Below are positions 26,575 through 41,792 of a stretch of 64,000 nt of DNA, in pieces. The translations under genes and the position numbers were made by a program. Source of the DNA: Octopus sinensis (lineage: Eukaryota). The notes beneath the pieces are model-generated. The model was not told the origin of the DNA and made no database searches. It worked only from the letters and a program-made list of their open reading frames with translations. The DNA lies in the NCBI RefSeq assembly GCF_006345805.1, contig NC_042997.1, positions 65,596,001-65,660,000 of the forward strand. Direction: 5' to 3'. The stretch's first letter is position 1. Each line of letters begins with the position of its first letter.

Positions 26575-27097
26575 CCCGTGCGTACATGCAAACTTTCTAC
26601 TGTCTAATAAGTACAACAGACAGTCAGAAAATCGGATTTCAATGTTTCACAGTGAGTGAACAGTATTTGCTAAAGACGAGATTCAAACTTAAGCAAACCA
26701 GAATGAAATATTTATATCTTACTTGTTTCGATACAGTGACCCATATTTATTAACAAATATATTAAGAAAATATGGTGCGGGAGAAAAGCTTTCGGTTATA
26801 TCAACTGCCATAAATTCAATCAACATTGGCGGGATGTAATGCAAGTTGTCGCCAAGTGTTGCATATGAAATCGGAACGTAAACAGACACAAATAAATATG
26901 TATGTTTCTATGTGCGTGGGCGCAAGTATGTGTATGTGAGAGAAGGAATGAAGAAAGTGAACATCGATTCGTAAATAATTTTATTACGCCATCTAATACA
27001 TGTTTCAGAGAAAACAATTGACGAATTATGCGATCTGGGCCACTTAGGTTTTCTAGGTCCTCACTTCTTCGGAGATTAATACATGCGATTAAATTTA

Positions 27098-27185
<88 letters not shown>

Positions 27186-27346
27186 AGAGATTGATAAATT
27201 CATTTCTAACTTAATCGAGCACGCATAATATTCAGTATATAACCAGGTTTGAAGCAGAATGGTGCCGAAACACTTGCAAAAGAATATCAAAGCTTATGGC
27301 ACATCGATATGTACATCATCATTGCCTTATATATATGTGTGTGTGA

Positions 27347-27408
<62 letters not shown>

Positions 27409-29135
27409 TGTGTGTGTGTGTACGTGCGTGTATGTAGACAGTCAGTGAGAGACAATTTTCTCAGCTTATTCTCACTTTGTCACTGACGTGCAACCTTCAG
27501 CATTCTTACCAAATTTTATTATACATTTGTGGTTTTATAACAGAAAAGTTTGGTAATTATTTAATTAAGTGAAATACTCTGTAAAAGACAGCTAATAAAT
27601 TGTCGAACTATTGTGTACGTAGAACTGTAGAGCGAAACGTTCTCGTAAGCATAAAACAATGCATGTAGAATATTTAAATAAATAGCATTTGAATATGTAT
27701 GTGAAGTGGACACAATATTTTTTCCTAATGCCAAACTTTGTATGCGGAAATACATAATTCAGAGAAGAAATACAGTTGTTAAGTGAATACTAGCATATTT
27801 TATGCCCGGTGTTATATAGCATTGCAGTTTCAATAAAATCTAAGAATGAATAAAATATAAGCTTGATATCATCTAGTAAAACAGTATAGAATTTATTCAA
27901 TTAAAGTATAGCAAAGGGCACGCTGGTTAGTAGAATCCCAATCAATATAATGAAGCGCATCAATAATTGACGTTTTCAAAAATTTTATTCTAAAATTATG
28001 GAAAATATCAATCGACATATTATAATTTATTGTGATCAGAGCAAATTATTGAAATCTTTAATTACATGTTTTAACGAGACAAGGCGGATATTGAAATTTC
28101 CTGTCATTGCGACAGTCGAATTCTAATGTCTTTAAGCAGAGTTTTAGCAGGCCGAGATAATAAAACGCTTGTCTCTCAGCCGAATTGTCGACAGTTAGCA
28201 TCCTATAATCAGCTATCCGTGGTGTCCGTGTCAAAGATAAATAGATAGCATGGAAATTTTACTGCAGTAGATGAGGCAGCACCAAAATTAATGAATATGT
28301 CATTAAGTACACAAGTAACTTTGCAGTTGAGATTAAAGACTGAGTCAACGAGGAATCCTCCATGCGGTCGCTCGAACTGGTAGAAATAGCAACCAAAACT
28401 TACTGAAATAAGAAGCTAAAGATTTAAAAAATGGAAAGGCACCAGACAATATGGTCAATTGTCTTAAGAAACAGACTAAGGCAGAATGATTCCTCACACC
28501 ACACTCTACAATATGCAGGCAGCTGCAAACTCAGAGGAAGTTCTATGCATAAATTGCATTATTTGTTAGTTTTTCTGAAACTAACCTACATGATTAGATG
28601 TACTTACTGCTTCAAAGTTTTACAAAGACAGATAGACTGTGTTAACGTGTGGTAAGGGATTAAGTCACAGGCGTAGTGCACATATGTTAAAAACTTACCA
28701 TTCTCTGTCACATTGGTCTGTTGCATCAGCTTATCCATTGAACCGATTGTTATTCTCATAACTAAAAGACTCTAGTTGTACTATTAAAGCAAGTATCTAT
28801 GACTTTCCACAAAAGGAAAGGCCTGCGCTATATATTAAAGCCAGTGCATACAATCGTATGTGTATGGATACATGTATATGAATAAGAATGAGTGTTTTGC
28901 ATGCAGAAAACATTAATTATTATCTGAATAAGGAAGTAATTACAAGTGTAGTTAGTCTCTTATTTGTAATTAATTTATTGATACCGCCAAGAAATTTACG
29001 CGCAGACAAAATTCGTACCAGCATACATATATACATAAATGCACGCATACATACATACATACATACATACATGCATACATACATACATATGTACATACAT
29101 ACGTACATACGTACATACATACATACATACATACA

Positions 29136-29169
<34 letters not shown>

Positions 29170-30769
29170 CAACATGGCGTCGAACATAGAGACATTGGTA
29201 TAGAGGTCTATTCATTAATACTATTCCCTTGCCATTAATGCAAGCCTGGTAAGTTTTTTTTCAGTAAATGCAAAGAAGCAATCTTTTTTAAAGAAAATAG
29301 ATTGTAGCTGTAATCAAACTGTGAAATACAAACCACGTGGGAAAATTACTATATATGCAGAATGGCGACGAATGTACCCAGAATCAGCCATCGCAAATCG
29401 CGGAACTACCGAGCAAAATTCCAGTGAGCCTTCGAACTGAACCAAGACCTATACCAGTTCTACAGGTATGCTAGGAAAGATCCCTCGATAGACAACACAA
29501 AGAGATAAAGAATATCAGGATAAGAAATATCCAACAGTCTTCAATTTTTTCAGAGAAACAATTACGCCAGCAAGCTACATTTGTTGAAAAGAAATATGCC
29601 ACCCTACCAAACAAAATCATTCTGCCAAAATGCGCAAATGGTAATATTAGTATTAATGACACAATAAACGTTTGTGTGAAGAGACTGTGGACGGCAAGAA
29701 ACACGGCCAAGACAAACATAATTACAAACCGCCATCACCACATGGACAAGTTGTAGCAAGTGAGGAATATACAATACGAAAATCGCAGCTTGCATCGAAA
29801 TTCAAGTAAAACCTCACCAACCTGATATTATTTGTGATCGACGAAATTGCTAGAGAACAAGTAGCTCAAATCCAAACTCCCACTTTGGCACAATAATTGT
29901 CCTGCTATATTGTGGCGCAGTAACTGTGCACCAACATATTTCCCCGTCTAAATGAGATAACTAAGACTAAGTTGTTTCGCTTGCAGCTGTTGAATGGCCA
30001 TTGACTCTACTGATTTCATCTTTTCACAGGTTTTGTTTTTCAGCCAGCAAGGTGTCCAACGAAAGCCACCTTCCTTGCCAAGCAGGCTTGGTAGGGTTGC
30101 TGATTTAGTTACTGACATCTTGATGACATGGCAAGTCGTACTGGGGTAAATGTTACCAGTAGCTTTTAAGAGTCAACTGGCTTATCTACTTCCTCCTATC
30201 CCTCCCTCCCTACCTACCTACCTACATACATATATACATGGTGACTGCCCCCTCGTTATCGAGTACGGCCATTGCACGAAGCTTAACTGTTATCGGTGCT
30301 GTGATCGAATGTGACTTTTTAGATCACCTAAAGATCTACAATGTCATGTACAGAATTGGCAGCTAAAACCTTTACCAGCAATAGTCGGCTGTAGTTGTAA
30401 CTGGGCTTCATGTACCTTTGCATGTCGTTTAAGTCCTCCTGCCGAATTACACTCTCTTCCACATGTTGACAGATATGATTAGAATTGTGTGTAACACCAC
30501 CACTAGTGGCCAGGTTGTCACACACATACATACATCCATACATGGAAATACACAAATTATGGCTGCTGAGGATACTCTTCAAATTAGTCTATAACAAAGC
30601 CAAGTCAAAATATTCGAGTTACTCTATGACTAAGTGAGCATGCAGGAATACATCAATGAATGAATGACCAAGTATGAGTGAGTGGATGAAGAGTAAAACA
30701 TCTGTAAGAATACATATGAGTGAATATCCATACATACATACATACATATATAATTGCCTGAAAACTACA

Positions 30770-33135
30770 GGCTCAATACTTGCCTAAACTTTATGTACAT
30801 ACTGTATACAAGCTGCCTCAATTAATTCCTCTAAGATCATTGTGAATCCAACAATATAGTGACTGATGAGCAGGCCGGTAGAAAGCAGGGAGTGTGGGGA
30901 TCTGCCGAAAAACTTCTGATAAACAAAGCTGAAGTGTCTCCATTTGGAAAATTGTGCCTGCTATCTTAACTGCTGCCATTGGGAAGCTTCCAAAGACCTG
31001 AGGCACAATCCTCACACTTAGAAAAGAGAGTGGAACTATCACCTCCAAATGAATATTTCCAAGTGAATAGTCCAGGGAGATAATCTTTCTGTACTTCTGT
31101 TCATTTTGGCATTAAGCTCATTATCATTCCTGATACAAAAAACAAACAGCTATATGCTAGGGTCTGCATCTGCAATATATATTAATGTAACCCATAATTT
31201 CATGGTGGATGACCTCAAGATCTATGCTAAAAGTGTTAACAACACCAAAAAGCAACTGGAATTAATAACATTTTCAGCTGACATAGGAAAGGAATTTTGC
31301 CAAAAGAAATGTTCTAATTTAATTGTTGGACGAGGAAAATCGTGCATCAATGATCTTACTATCTCTCCTGTCCCATACAAAGAATGCTACATGCACCTTG
31401 GCATTGATGAAAATATATCATACCAAGGTACCGTGAATGAAGATAGAGTGACCTAAGAACACTACATCAGACTAAGGAAAATATGGCAGTCTGAACTCTC
31501 CTCTAACAAAACAATATCCCACAATGCATTAGTAATACCAGTGCTGATTCCAGCATTTGGGATACTTGACTGCTTTGTAGATGAAATCCACTCCACTTAC
31601 ATTAAAACCCGAAAGATTCTAACATCAACTGGAAATCTCCACGAAAATAGAGATATCGACAGGCTCTTCTTAAGAAGAAATAAGGGGGTAGACGCTTGCG
31701 ATCAGTACGCAGATAGCCTTTGAATGTCGCATAGTCTCTTTCAGACAGCACTTGCTAAACGACAGCAGCAAAAATAAATACATTAACTTAATGCTGAAAA
31801 GTGAAGAAAACAAAATCCTACGTGTTGAAAGTGAGCTCCTCGGGAAGAACTTTCTTCCTGATGACCTCCCATACAACCCCAAATCAGCTGGACTTGTATA
31901 CCTGAAAGAAGACCAAAAGAAAAAAGAGCATGTGTGGGTTCGTTTCAGGAGATTGTTACTAAGTACCTAATCAACAAAAGAGACAATGAAGTCATTGGAC
32001 TTCCAAGATGCAACCGTAACTGTAAATTATGTCATATTTCTGTGGAAGACATCACACATTTGATTAGCAGCTTCCCCAAAATGTAATCAAGGTACTACCT
32101 TCCTATGCGACATGATGCTGTCGTAAGAACAATATATATTGGGTTGTCCGGAAAGTTCACGCCGATTTTTAAAGGAAAGAAAAAGGTCAATAAATACTTG
32201 CCATTGCATTTTTAATCAACCAAATATGAACCAATTTGTTGCACAATGCGTCTCCATATTTCCTTTAACTTGAAAATACCCTCTTCCCAGAAATGAGGTG
32301 GTTTCATGGCAAAGAATTCATCAAGGTATCTTTTAACGTCATCCAAGGAATTGAAATTTTTACCAATAAGATTATTCTGCAAAGATCTGAATAAGTGGAA
32401 ATCCAAAGCAGCAATATCTGGAGAATATGGAGGGTGGGGTAACACATTCCAGCCAAGCTGCAGCAATTTTTGTCTGATTCCCAAAGCATCAAATGCCGAA
32501 AATGAACTTTCTTATCTTCCATTTTAAAGGGTTACAGAATTAACACAGGTTATAGGAACATAAATCTTCTTCACAAAAAGATAGCTTAAACTGTGCTCTA
32601 AATGGAGGTGTAGTCAAATTCTATTTTATGGACTCAACCATGTTCTAAAATAAGTCGAAAGGTAAGCTGCTATAAATCGGCACGAACTTTCCGGACAACC
32701 CAATATAATGCCAACCGGGAGAGAGAATGCCCTGGAATAAATATGGAGAATCCGCTGTTATTAAATACGTACACAAATACCTACACAAGCAATACTGGTG
32801 GAACATTTCCATCAAAACATTTAAGTGTAAGCATAACAGGCCGAATGTCGTTGTTTGAGATATACAAGGAAAAGTATGTACCGCCACTGTCAGCTGTCCT
32901 GTTGATGTAAATATTTCTTAGAAAATCAAAGAGAAAGAAGATTACTATGGGCAACTGCTTCGAAACTTTCAGCGCCTGTATCCGGATTACAAATTTACTT
33001 TTATACCAGTAATAATTGAAGCAGTTGGTTTTTTAAGTTAATGCCTAGCAGCTTAGATTTTCAGAGTAAGAAATCATCCGATTCGTACGTTATAAGCCGA
33101 ATAGTAAAACCGTGCAAGACTTTTTTCCGGTTAAA
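30770..33135 (+). mobile_element. Decayed R4/Dong-type retrotransposon (RT to RLE), interrupted by a mariner insertion
   Basis: EQAGRKQGVWGSAEKLLINK, HNFMVDDLKIYAK, YMHLGIDENISY, RHDAVVRTI|..WWNISIKT..HNRPNVVV, SCPVDVNI, YYGQLLRNFQRLYPDYKF. 29300-29900 may be its decayed 5' part (less certain). Confidence 0.8.
32139..32703 (-). mobile_element. Internally deleted mariner (565 bp) with intact TIRs and TA duplication
   Basis: TA|ttgggttgtccggaaagtt ... aactttccggacaacccaa|TA. ORF 32212-32484 encodes LPHPPYSPDIAALDFHLFRSLQN (mariner C-terminus). Confidence 0.92.
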
Positions 33136-33887
33136 AATGTGCCATTGTTTTTGTTATCTACATTTCAACGATGGAGTTTTGTATATCAGTTAGAAACTAG
33201 CTCCATTTTTAGAGAACGAATTTCAAAGATTAAATACAGAAGAGATATACATACATACATACATACATACATACATACATACATACATACATACATACAT
33301 ACATGCATGCATGCATGCATACATACGTACTTACATACATACATACATACATATACATATATGTGTGTGTGCGTGCGTGTATGTGTACATGTGTATGTGT
33401 GTGCGTGCATGCGTGTGTGTGTATATAGGTACGTATGTATGTAGGTATGTACGCACGTACCTTATGTATATGTATAGGTAATCAGTGTATGAATGTGTGT
33501 GTATGTCCTCTATTGATGTGCACTGAGAGATTTCGAACGTACGAGCGCCAATGAGTAATTTAAGAAGCAATCATCAGGCAATCAACAACGTACACAATTC
33601 ATTGGAACCAATCACTAAATTACTACATCAGAAACCTTGTTTAGTGGCGCCTGAAATCGAAGTAATACGTAAAATCTTATCACTATGATAAAAGAACGAA
33701 CAATTTATTCACAGTTTTAATAATGCTACAATTCATGCACACACACATACACACACTCACGGACACGGACACGCATACATGTGCACACACAGAGACTTAC
33801 ACGTAGAAATACACAATGCATGGCCTACAATCATGTATGCATCATGTGCGTGTATATGTATATGCAAGTGTGTGAGCAAAAATATGC

Positions 33888-33922
<35 letters not shown>

Positions 33923-36249
33923 CATATATATATATTGTGTGTGTGCGTGTGTGAGTGTGTGTATAAATGTATTTAGTTTGTAATATAAGCATATATATGT
34001 ATGTATGTATGTATATGTATGTATATATATATATCTTATTTATATATATAAGGAGAGGGAGAGAGAAAAACAGACAGACAGAAACATGCTCACAAACACA
34101 CACATACATACACATATGCTTAGCTGGCTTACAGTCTAAATTTGTACATGCAATATTGGATTTTGTGGTCAATATTGTCTTTATAGGTTCATTTATGATC
34201 CAGTTGTAATCAATTTATTTAGGTTTTTACCTCCCTATTTGCAGCCATTGCTATAATCTGAGAGAATATTCAACCATTCCTCTTCCGTTTAGGCCATTAA
34301 ACAATACGTCTATATTTAGTTAGATATTATAAGTGTTAATTATTTTTCTTAATAGAGCCACAGTATTTTAAAGTATGGAGTAGACTAAAAGTAGATTACG
34401 GGTAAACAGGGGAGGCCTTCACCGGTAAACTTACAGAATGTAGTTTGTGAGTCTAGACAAGTTTCAAAATCGGAAAAAAGATGAACGTGACGGTTCTAGA
34501 TAGAAAGGAAATTTTTAGTTTAGAAATGAATTTTTTCTCAACCAATTCTCCCGGCAAAATGCACACCTGTACACACTTACAAACGACATTATAGCAAGCT
34601 GGGTTTTATTCAATCATTTTTAATGGCGTCAAATGCCATGTGGCAAAATCGTTAAAAAAATCCATTATAAGATCCATATCATAATAAAGGCCATATCTTA
34701 TAGTCTTCATTGTAATGTGTATTACCATCTGCTTGGCCTGCAATTTATCCAAGCGAAAAGTTTCGTTGACTCTTTTTTTGTAAACACCGAAAAAAAAGTG
34801 TTATGGCAAGCAACTATTTTTAACTGAAACAAAGATTGAGAAAAGAGAGAGAGAGAGTCTAAGAGAAGTGGGGAATAACTTAAGGCAGATATACACGAAT
34901 TGATGAAGAGAGAAAATAGATATATTGATCATCTGATATCAATAGCTATGAATATTGGGCTTTATAATCATGGTTTATTTATTTCTTTGATCTTTTCTTA
35001 TAACCCAATAAAATATCTACCAGAGATGAAAGTACTTTGTATAATTCCTTCCAGATATAAATTAAGAGAATATGCAAATTTGATGAAAAAAAACATAGAT
35101 AACTGAGCTCTTTGAGACTATGCAATGAATCTACTACAGATGAAAAGTGAGATCCGTGGCCACGCACAAATGCTGGATCTCAGCGAAAGCATTCGTCTGC
35201 ATCGTCTATATATGTATACACATCGAAGTCAAATGAGCTACATGCATGAGAGCAATTTACATTAGTAATGCCATGTAATAAGTCAACTTAAATTTTGTTA
35301 AATGCACCTGATTACATATAGGGTCTTGTAAAATGCAGTTGTATTGGATAATTAAGAAACAGACTACGTATATCAATGCTCGGGGTTTTTTAAAGAACCG
35401 AGATGTAAATATCAATGTCCTAAAAACACTGAACGAATGAACAAATAATGATTGAATGATCCTATTTTTAAAATCTTACAAATAATACAGAATATATAAA
35501 GAAGCTTATAGTACGATTGTATACACAAACAAACACTACGGAACAATGCAGGCATTATAGTAAATTACAGAAAATAAGCTTGTAGAACTGAACTCAAGTA
35601 CAGTACAGGCGCCATCACTGCAATACGCTTCCGAAATTAACACGTCTGTAAAAAGTTTGTTTCAGGGGTTGATTTAGTTAGTTTAGCAGAAAGCGTGATG
35701 TGAACTTCCAGCTATTGATAAAAGATAAAATACCAGTCATTTTCATATAGCTTCACCATCATCCAATGTCTAAAGAGACCGTAGATGTACAAGTGATGCC
35801 CATTCCCTATTACTCTGTCATATACCACTTATTGGGGTTCTCAACTTATCCTACATGGTATTTGAGGTTTGTTGTGCATTCATGTTGAATTCCAATTTAT
35901 AGATAATCTTAAAGATGACTGCCGGAAGCATATTGGAATTCTTGGTTATCTTCATTTTACTTTATAAGAATAAAAATTTAATTGGACAATTAATGAATAT
36001 GGGACGTGCCGTTTTAGAAATGTCTATATGATGGTGCCTGCATTTAGAGATGTCTTATTTAAAAGTTGCTTGATTGTATCGATGACTTCAGCTTAATCAG
36101 CAAATCATTTAGCTTTCTATTGATGTCTTCTTTAAACAACCTGTCAATAGTTTCCATTTTTATTGGTGTATTCACAATGTTTTCAGAGTTTAGTCTTACA
36201 ATTTCGAACTGAAAAGAAAATCTGAGCAAATTCCAGCATCATTAACATT

Positions 36250-37100
36250 AGCAAGTTGAGCATTTACAAGGCTTGCGTACTAACTGCTCTATTCTACGCC
36301 TCTGAAAAATGGAAAGTACACTATAGGCATCTCAAGCTGCTTGAGCGCAATCATCATAAATGTTTGAGACATTCATCATTAATTGGCAAAGTAAAACATC
36401 TTCCACACAAGTGTGTGAAAATGCAGAATATACAAGCTTTCACTCATCATAAAAATATTCACTCATCATTTCTTATTAGTTGCATTGGGTAGCCATGTTG
36501 AGTTTATAGAAGATAATGAGATTACAAAGCAGCGCTTCTACGGTGTACTACCCTGCAAAACATCGTCAGCACAAACGACAGAAAGGTAGAAAAACTGCAT
36601 AAATGGCAAACTGAAGGAATTGCAAATCAATATAAAGAACTAGGTAAAACTAGCTTTAGAAAGAGCTAGGTTGGGGAAGTGCAAAAGAGAAGATTGTAAC
36701 ACTTTTGAAGTGGGACGCTTTGAGTTTCAATGCTTAAAGCACTGGCTTCAGAAGAGCTTCTTATCAAAATCTAAGTGAGAACGTACAAGAATGGAGGTGT
36801 GAAACAAGTGGCCGTGTACTTCCTTCGAAGGCTATGTATGCCAACCACCTAAAGTTCCATAAAAGATCAGCTGTATGCAATGCCCTTACTCTTAGATTGG
36901 TTGGATTGATATGTGTAGTGTGTGAAGGGGTTTGCAAATTGATTTTCGGTCTGATGGAGCATATGGCGGTTCACAAAGACAAAATATCACAAAGCGATCC
37001 AATGAATCTAGCGAAAGTTTCAACATTCGTCTGTCACTTATGCTTTCCAATTATATAGATCTGCATCGGAGCTGAATAGTCATCTGACATCACAGATGGA
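36250..37100 (+). mobile_element. RTE-clade LINE, decayed 3' fragment
   Basis: IYKACVLTALFYASEKW...LKLLERNHHKCLRH, followed by C-terminal C2H2-like remnants (VCEGVCK...HMAVHK; CHLC...ELNSHL). Confidence 0.7.
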
Positions 37101-37984
37101 ATGTCAGAAATGTCATTGACAATGCGTAAGTCAGAGAGAATAAATATTTGTGAAGATGGAGGAATCACCATATATGTACGTATGTACATATGTATATGTG
37201 TGTCCGTATCTGTGTTTAGATCGCTTAACTTTCTTTTGATAACTACTTTCGCATACGATGATACCCATTGATATTTTTTCATTCAGTCTGTTGCATATTT
37301 ACTAGCATATTCACAATGTTATTTTCAATTCTAAAGTCTGTTGGAGCTTCACAGCGCACGGCAGCAATTTCTCTATATAATGATAAATGTACTCACTTCT
37401 ATTTCAATGGATTTTTTTTCTTTTACTGGAAAAGAAATTCTTCTCAGTGCTGCTATATCAGTGATACACCTCGAAATCTTTCAATTTGCTGATGTTATTC
37501 TTCTCTTTAGTCGGACCGATTTTTCATTGACAATAAAAACAAAATTGCAAACGCGTTTCGCACGTAATGAAAAGTGGCTTTCTTTTCATGGACTACTAAT
37601 CAAAATCGAGTGAGACATACTGTCTAGAACAAACAAACTCTATATTTTACACATTAAACACATGCTTGGTTTTCATATCACCGAAGCGAAATTTTTCAGG
37701 CATATACACCAAACGCCACCTCTACCTATACATTTTTGTCTGGTGTCATGCAAGCCACAACCACTGAAAAAGATTCTGATCTTTAATCTTCAAAGTTTTA
37801 GACGTTATTACAAGAACAATGCGTTCTCATTCATACCCATTTAATCTTAACTCAAGGTTTACTACATTATTATGTATCTCTGAGAAGAGACAGATGAAGA
37901 TCTATGGAAGAAGAAATTTTTCTTTACTACTTTCAGCTCGAGAGCTGTGTCTATACAGAGGCACCACCGCTAAACGTGAAATGC

Positions 37985-38089
37985 TTATAACACCTACGTT
38001 TCCCAAGCAGCCAACCATCTAAATCCTAACTAGGCTCTACATTTCTTAACTGCGTTGATCAGTGCATTCGACATGATATAGCCGTAAAC
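37985..38089 (-). pseudogene. Degenerate 5S rRNA-derived sequence (pseudogene or SINE3-type head)
   Basis: Reverse complement begins gtttacggctatatc and keeps ctgatc, cttagtt/gttaggatttagatgg and cttgggaaac..aggtgttata in 5S order. Internal deletion; identity is moderate by eye. Confidence 0.6.
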
Positions 38090-38946
38090 ACTACCTCCGC
38101 TTTCTCTATAGAACTAAAATAATACATATCTGTTAAATTTACTTTAGACATAACACAGCCCAAGATCCAGTCTTACAGTAAACGAGCCAATGACGAATCT
38201 CATATGTGGTCTCTCAAGCCACCAACTCTCCCTTATATCAAAGCCTGCTGTACTAAATACCGTTTATACATGGAAAAAGGAGCCATAACCACTATGGAGT
38301 GCGACAGGGCAAAGGTTTTCTCGGTCAGAGCCAATAAAATGACAGAGCCAATAAAATATGACAGAACCATCACAACAATTTAGAGTCAAGAGGAGAATAC
38401 AATACTGTGGGACATTATATAGAATAAAATTACAGTACTTACAGAATTAAATATTCTATTACACTACAGAAGAGTATATCATAGATATTAATAAAGAAAC
38501 GAACATTGCAACACAACGCAATAACCACAATTAATGTGACTGACAAAGGCAAATCAACGTGACAATGTAATACAGAAAGTAGTGCTTCAGAATAGTGAAG
38601 AAAAACTAACACAGGTATAGACTACACAAAATTATGCCATTGTACAATATAAAAGATAATGCTACGATATCAGAACTACATTTAATTAGTCGTTTACAAT
38701 TTTGAATGGCGGTTCTCATTTTTTAGGAATTTTCTTATTCGAAACTATATCTTTCAACAATGATCATAATCAATTATAAATCAAAATCTATTAGTATTTT
38801 TCTTACAATTTCAATATTTCATATCACTGCGATGTAATAAATGAAAATGCATACTGTCGGTGTTAATGCTTTTCTGAATGCGGTTAGTCCACATGAGTCC
38901 GTAAAGAGTATAGATTTGGTTTCCTAATTGCTATGACTTAATTATT

Positions 38947-39128
38947 CCTCCCTGGATGAGACGCCGGTCTGTCGCAGGATTACTCATTTTTACCAGCCGA
39001 AAGGACTGGAGCAACGTGAAATAAAGTATTTTCCTCAAGAACACAACGCATCGCCCGGTCCAGGAATTGAAACCACAATCTTATGATTATGTGCCCAACA
39101 CTCCTTACTTCAAAACCATGCGCCTCTA
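38947..39128 (-). mobile_element. tRNA-derived SINE, family C
   Basis: Reverse complement has ggtttcaattcctggacc (B-box-like), gtgttcttgaggaaaatact and a 3' end gaccggcgtctcatccaggg. A related fragment lies at about 820-900 (+). Confidence 0.6.
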
Positions 39129-39140
39129 CTACATTCCTGA

Positions 39141-39332
39141 ATAATATTTGTGGGGGAGTGGACCAGTCGATTAGATCGACTCCATTACGCAACTGGTACT
39201 TAATTTATTGACCTCGAAAGGATGAAAGGCAAAGTCGACCTCGGCGGAATTTGAACTCAGAACATAAAGACAGACGAAATGCCGCTAAGCACTTCGCCTG
39301 GCGTGCTAACGATTTTGCCAGCTCGCCGACTT
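39141..39332 (-). mobile_element. SINE family A
   Basis: Near-identical to the 445-666 copy. Confidence 0.85.
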
Positions 39333-40840
39333 ATAAATTAACAGTAGCTTTATCATGCAAATATTATATAAATTATATGATGGAAATCTAAATTGAATAA
39401 ATCAATGGTTACTGCAAAGATAGAATGTGTCAGAGCCTATTGTATGACGATATAGCTAAAGAGAAAGAACTTTCAGGTGAATTAGGGCACCCGATTAACA
39501 ATTACTACATTGTGATTTTATTCTTTTCTATCATTAATGCACTCATTTAATTAAATACTCTTCGTTATTGGCTCGTTTTAAATATTCTTCAATGAAATAT
39601 TTTGCAATGTTACTAATTACCGTGAAAAGCTGCATTAGAGTATTTTAAAATGTCTGTTTAAACTTGTATTACTTACAAGCGCAAGTGGTTTTCTGTCTAA
39701 CGTATGTATGTATATATATATGTGTGTGTGTGTGTGCATTTATGTATATATGTGCGTGTGTGTATGTATATAAAATGTAAATGATTAAGCATATTCAGGT
39801 TTAATCATAAGTACACTCTTTTCTTTAAACTTCACTTCACTGTATCAGCCAAGTAATGCATTGTATATGCAAATTTTTAGAGACAACAAATTAACATAAA
39901 AGAAGCAGTCTGCCGTACTAAATTAACACATATAAAGAATATCGTATAACATTTAACGAAAGACACAAATATTACAGAAATATGTAGTTCATTATTCTTT
40001 ACAGACAATTGGCCTAATGCGTAATTATAAAAGAAAAAATAATTCAATAATTAAAGTTTTAGAATAATTAGAACTAACAATTTAAATTCAGATACGTGTC
40101 GCATTTTCAGCAATTTCATTAGCGTTTATTGAAAAAATAATTCCCTTTATTGTTCCTTAAAGAAATTCAGTAATCCGTTTTCTGTTATTTAATTAATGAT
40201 AATTTGCCGAATCACAATAAAATAATAAAAGAAAATGCTCCAATATTTTCAGATATTAGAGTAACACATTTGATTTTATGTCGTTAGATGTTCGTTGTTT
40301 TGAAGAATATTAATAATAGGGTCACCCTACATTGCTATAAAATTATCAGTCCTAACGTTATAACTGATGATAAATTACAAATTTATTATTAAAGTGTCTT
40401 CTTATATCAATATGCTACGAAATTAAAAATTTCTAGAAAAAGTATTGTAATATTTCTCTTTTATTATTTTGTTAATTTGATTACTTGAATGTCTTCATAA
40501 TGATAAGTTTGACCCATAAAATGTAGCGAATAGAAAAGAAACATTAGAATCTTCGATTAAATGTCATATAGCTTTTAGGCATGATTCTTTATATCCGGAG
40601 TTCGAATTCAGCTGTTTGTGGTGGTTTGTATTCGTTGTAAGTATAAAGGACAAAAGTTACATATTCAAGTGGATTTACTTAATATCATAGATTATTTATT
40701 TTATACTGTAATGCGTAAACAATGAGTGTGAGCAGATTCAAAACGGAAACGTCACCGGTACACAGGATTTCTGGAAGCGGGGATGTCAAAGGAATATCTA
40801 ACTGAATAGACAGTAAACAACTTGTGGTTAGTGGACCCAT

Positions 40841-41064
40841 GATTCATGGTCTCCTTTCTATAATGAAATTAACTTAAAGCCTAATGAAAAGGAAATCGAA
40901 AGATATTAGTAGGGCTAAATTCATGGGGCAAAAATTCTCTTGCAAATAATTGTGGTGTTTCCATCTATTAGGGTTCTATTCCCATTCATCAGCCAATGTA
41001 ATACACCCCGCCACAATGTATGCTTTCGGTGCGAATGGTTTTGTATTACGGCGCCGTAATACAA
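40841..41064 (-). repeat. ~215-bp repeat, inverted partner of 46044-46261; ends in a 24-bp perfect palindrome
   Basis: gattcatggtctcctttctataatgaaatt... is the reverse complement of 46044-46261. ttgtattacggcgccgtaatacaa at 41041-41064. Confidence 0.85.
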
Positions 41065-41105
41065 ATACACACACACACCACACACACACACATATATATA
41101 TATAT

Positions 41106-41153
<48 letters not shown>

Positions 41154-41231
41154 ATATATATACATATATATATACATATATATATATACACATATATATA
41201 TACATATATATATATATACACATATATATAC

Positions 41232-41267
<36 letters not shown>

Positions 41268-41359
41268 CATATATATATACATATATACATATATATATAC
41301 ATATATACATATATATACATATATATATACATATATATATACATATATATATACATATA

Positions 41360-41397
<38 letters not shown>

Positions 41398-41404
<7 letters not shown>

Positions 41405-41776
41405 AAAGTGAGGTTGTGTGCTGTCTGTCTCCTACAATTTAGATTCCTAACTACTCCAACATTTTGCGGTGCAGTTTTTACCAAAACCGGGTATCTTATA
41501 GTCGTGATTCATATCGAGCTCTTCTGGGAATTCGCGCGCGTCTACGATGAGTCTACGATTTAAAAAAAAATTTACCATCAATTTCCCCATTTTTAATGTA
41601 TTTTTGGCATATATAAGGGAAGTAACTCTCTAAAAAATTATTATTAAATCTCAGAACGTAACCCCCCCCCCTTGTGGTTAGCCATATTGAGATGGCTATT
41701 ATACTTTACATCTATAAAAATGCTTATATAGTTATTTCCCTTACAATCCCGAGCAACGCCGGGCGATACTGTTAGT
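41398..41776 (+). mobile_element. Non-autonomous Helitron-like element
   Basis: 5' tataaaagtgaggttgtgtg. 3' short GC hairpin cccgagcaacgccggg followed by gttagt (CTAGT-like); sits in TA repeats. Confidence 0.6.
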
Positions 41777-41792
41777 ATATATATATATATAT

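Noticed and set aside
33512-33580. CUGAUGA...CGAAA on the minus strand
   Set aside because: No stem II pairing and no valid NUH site; compatible with chance.
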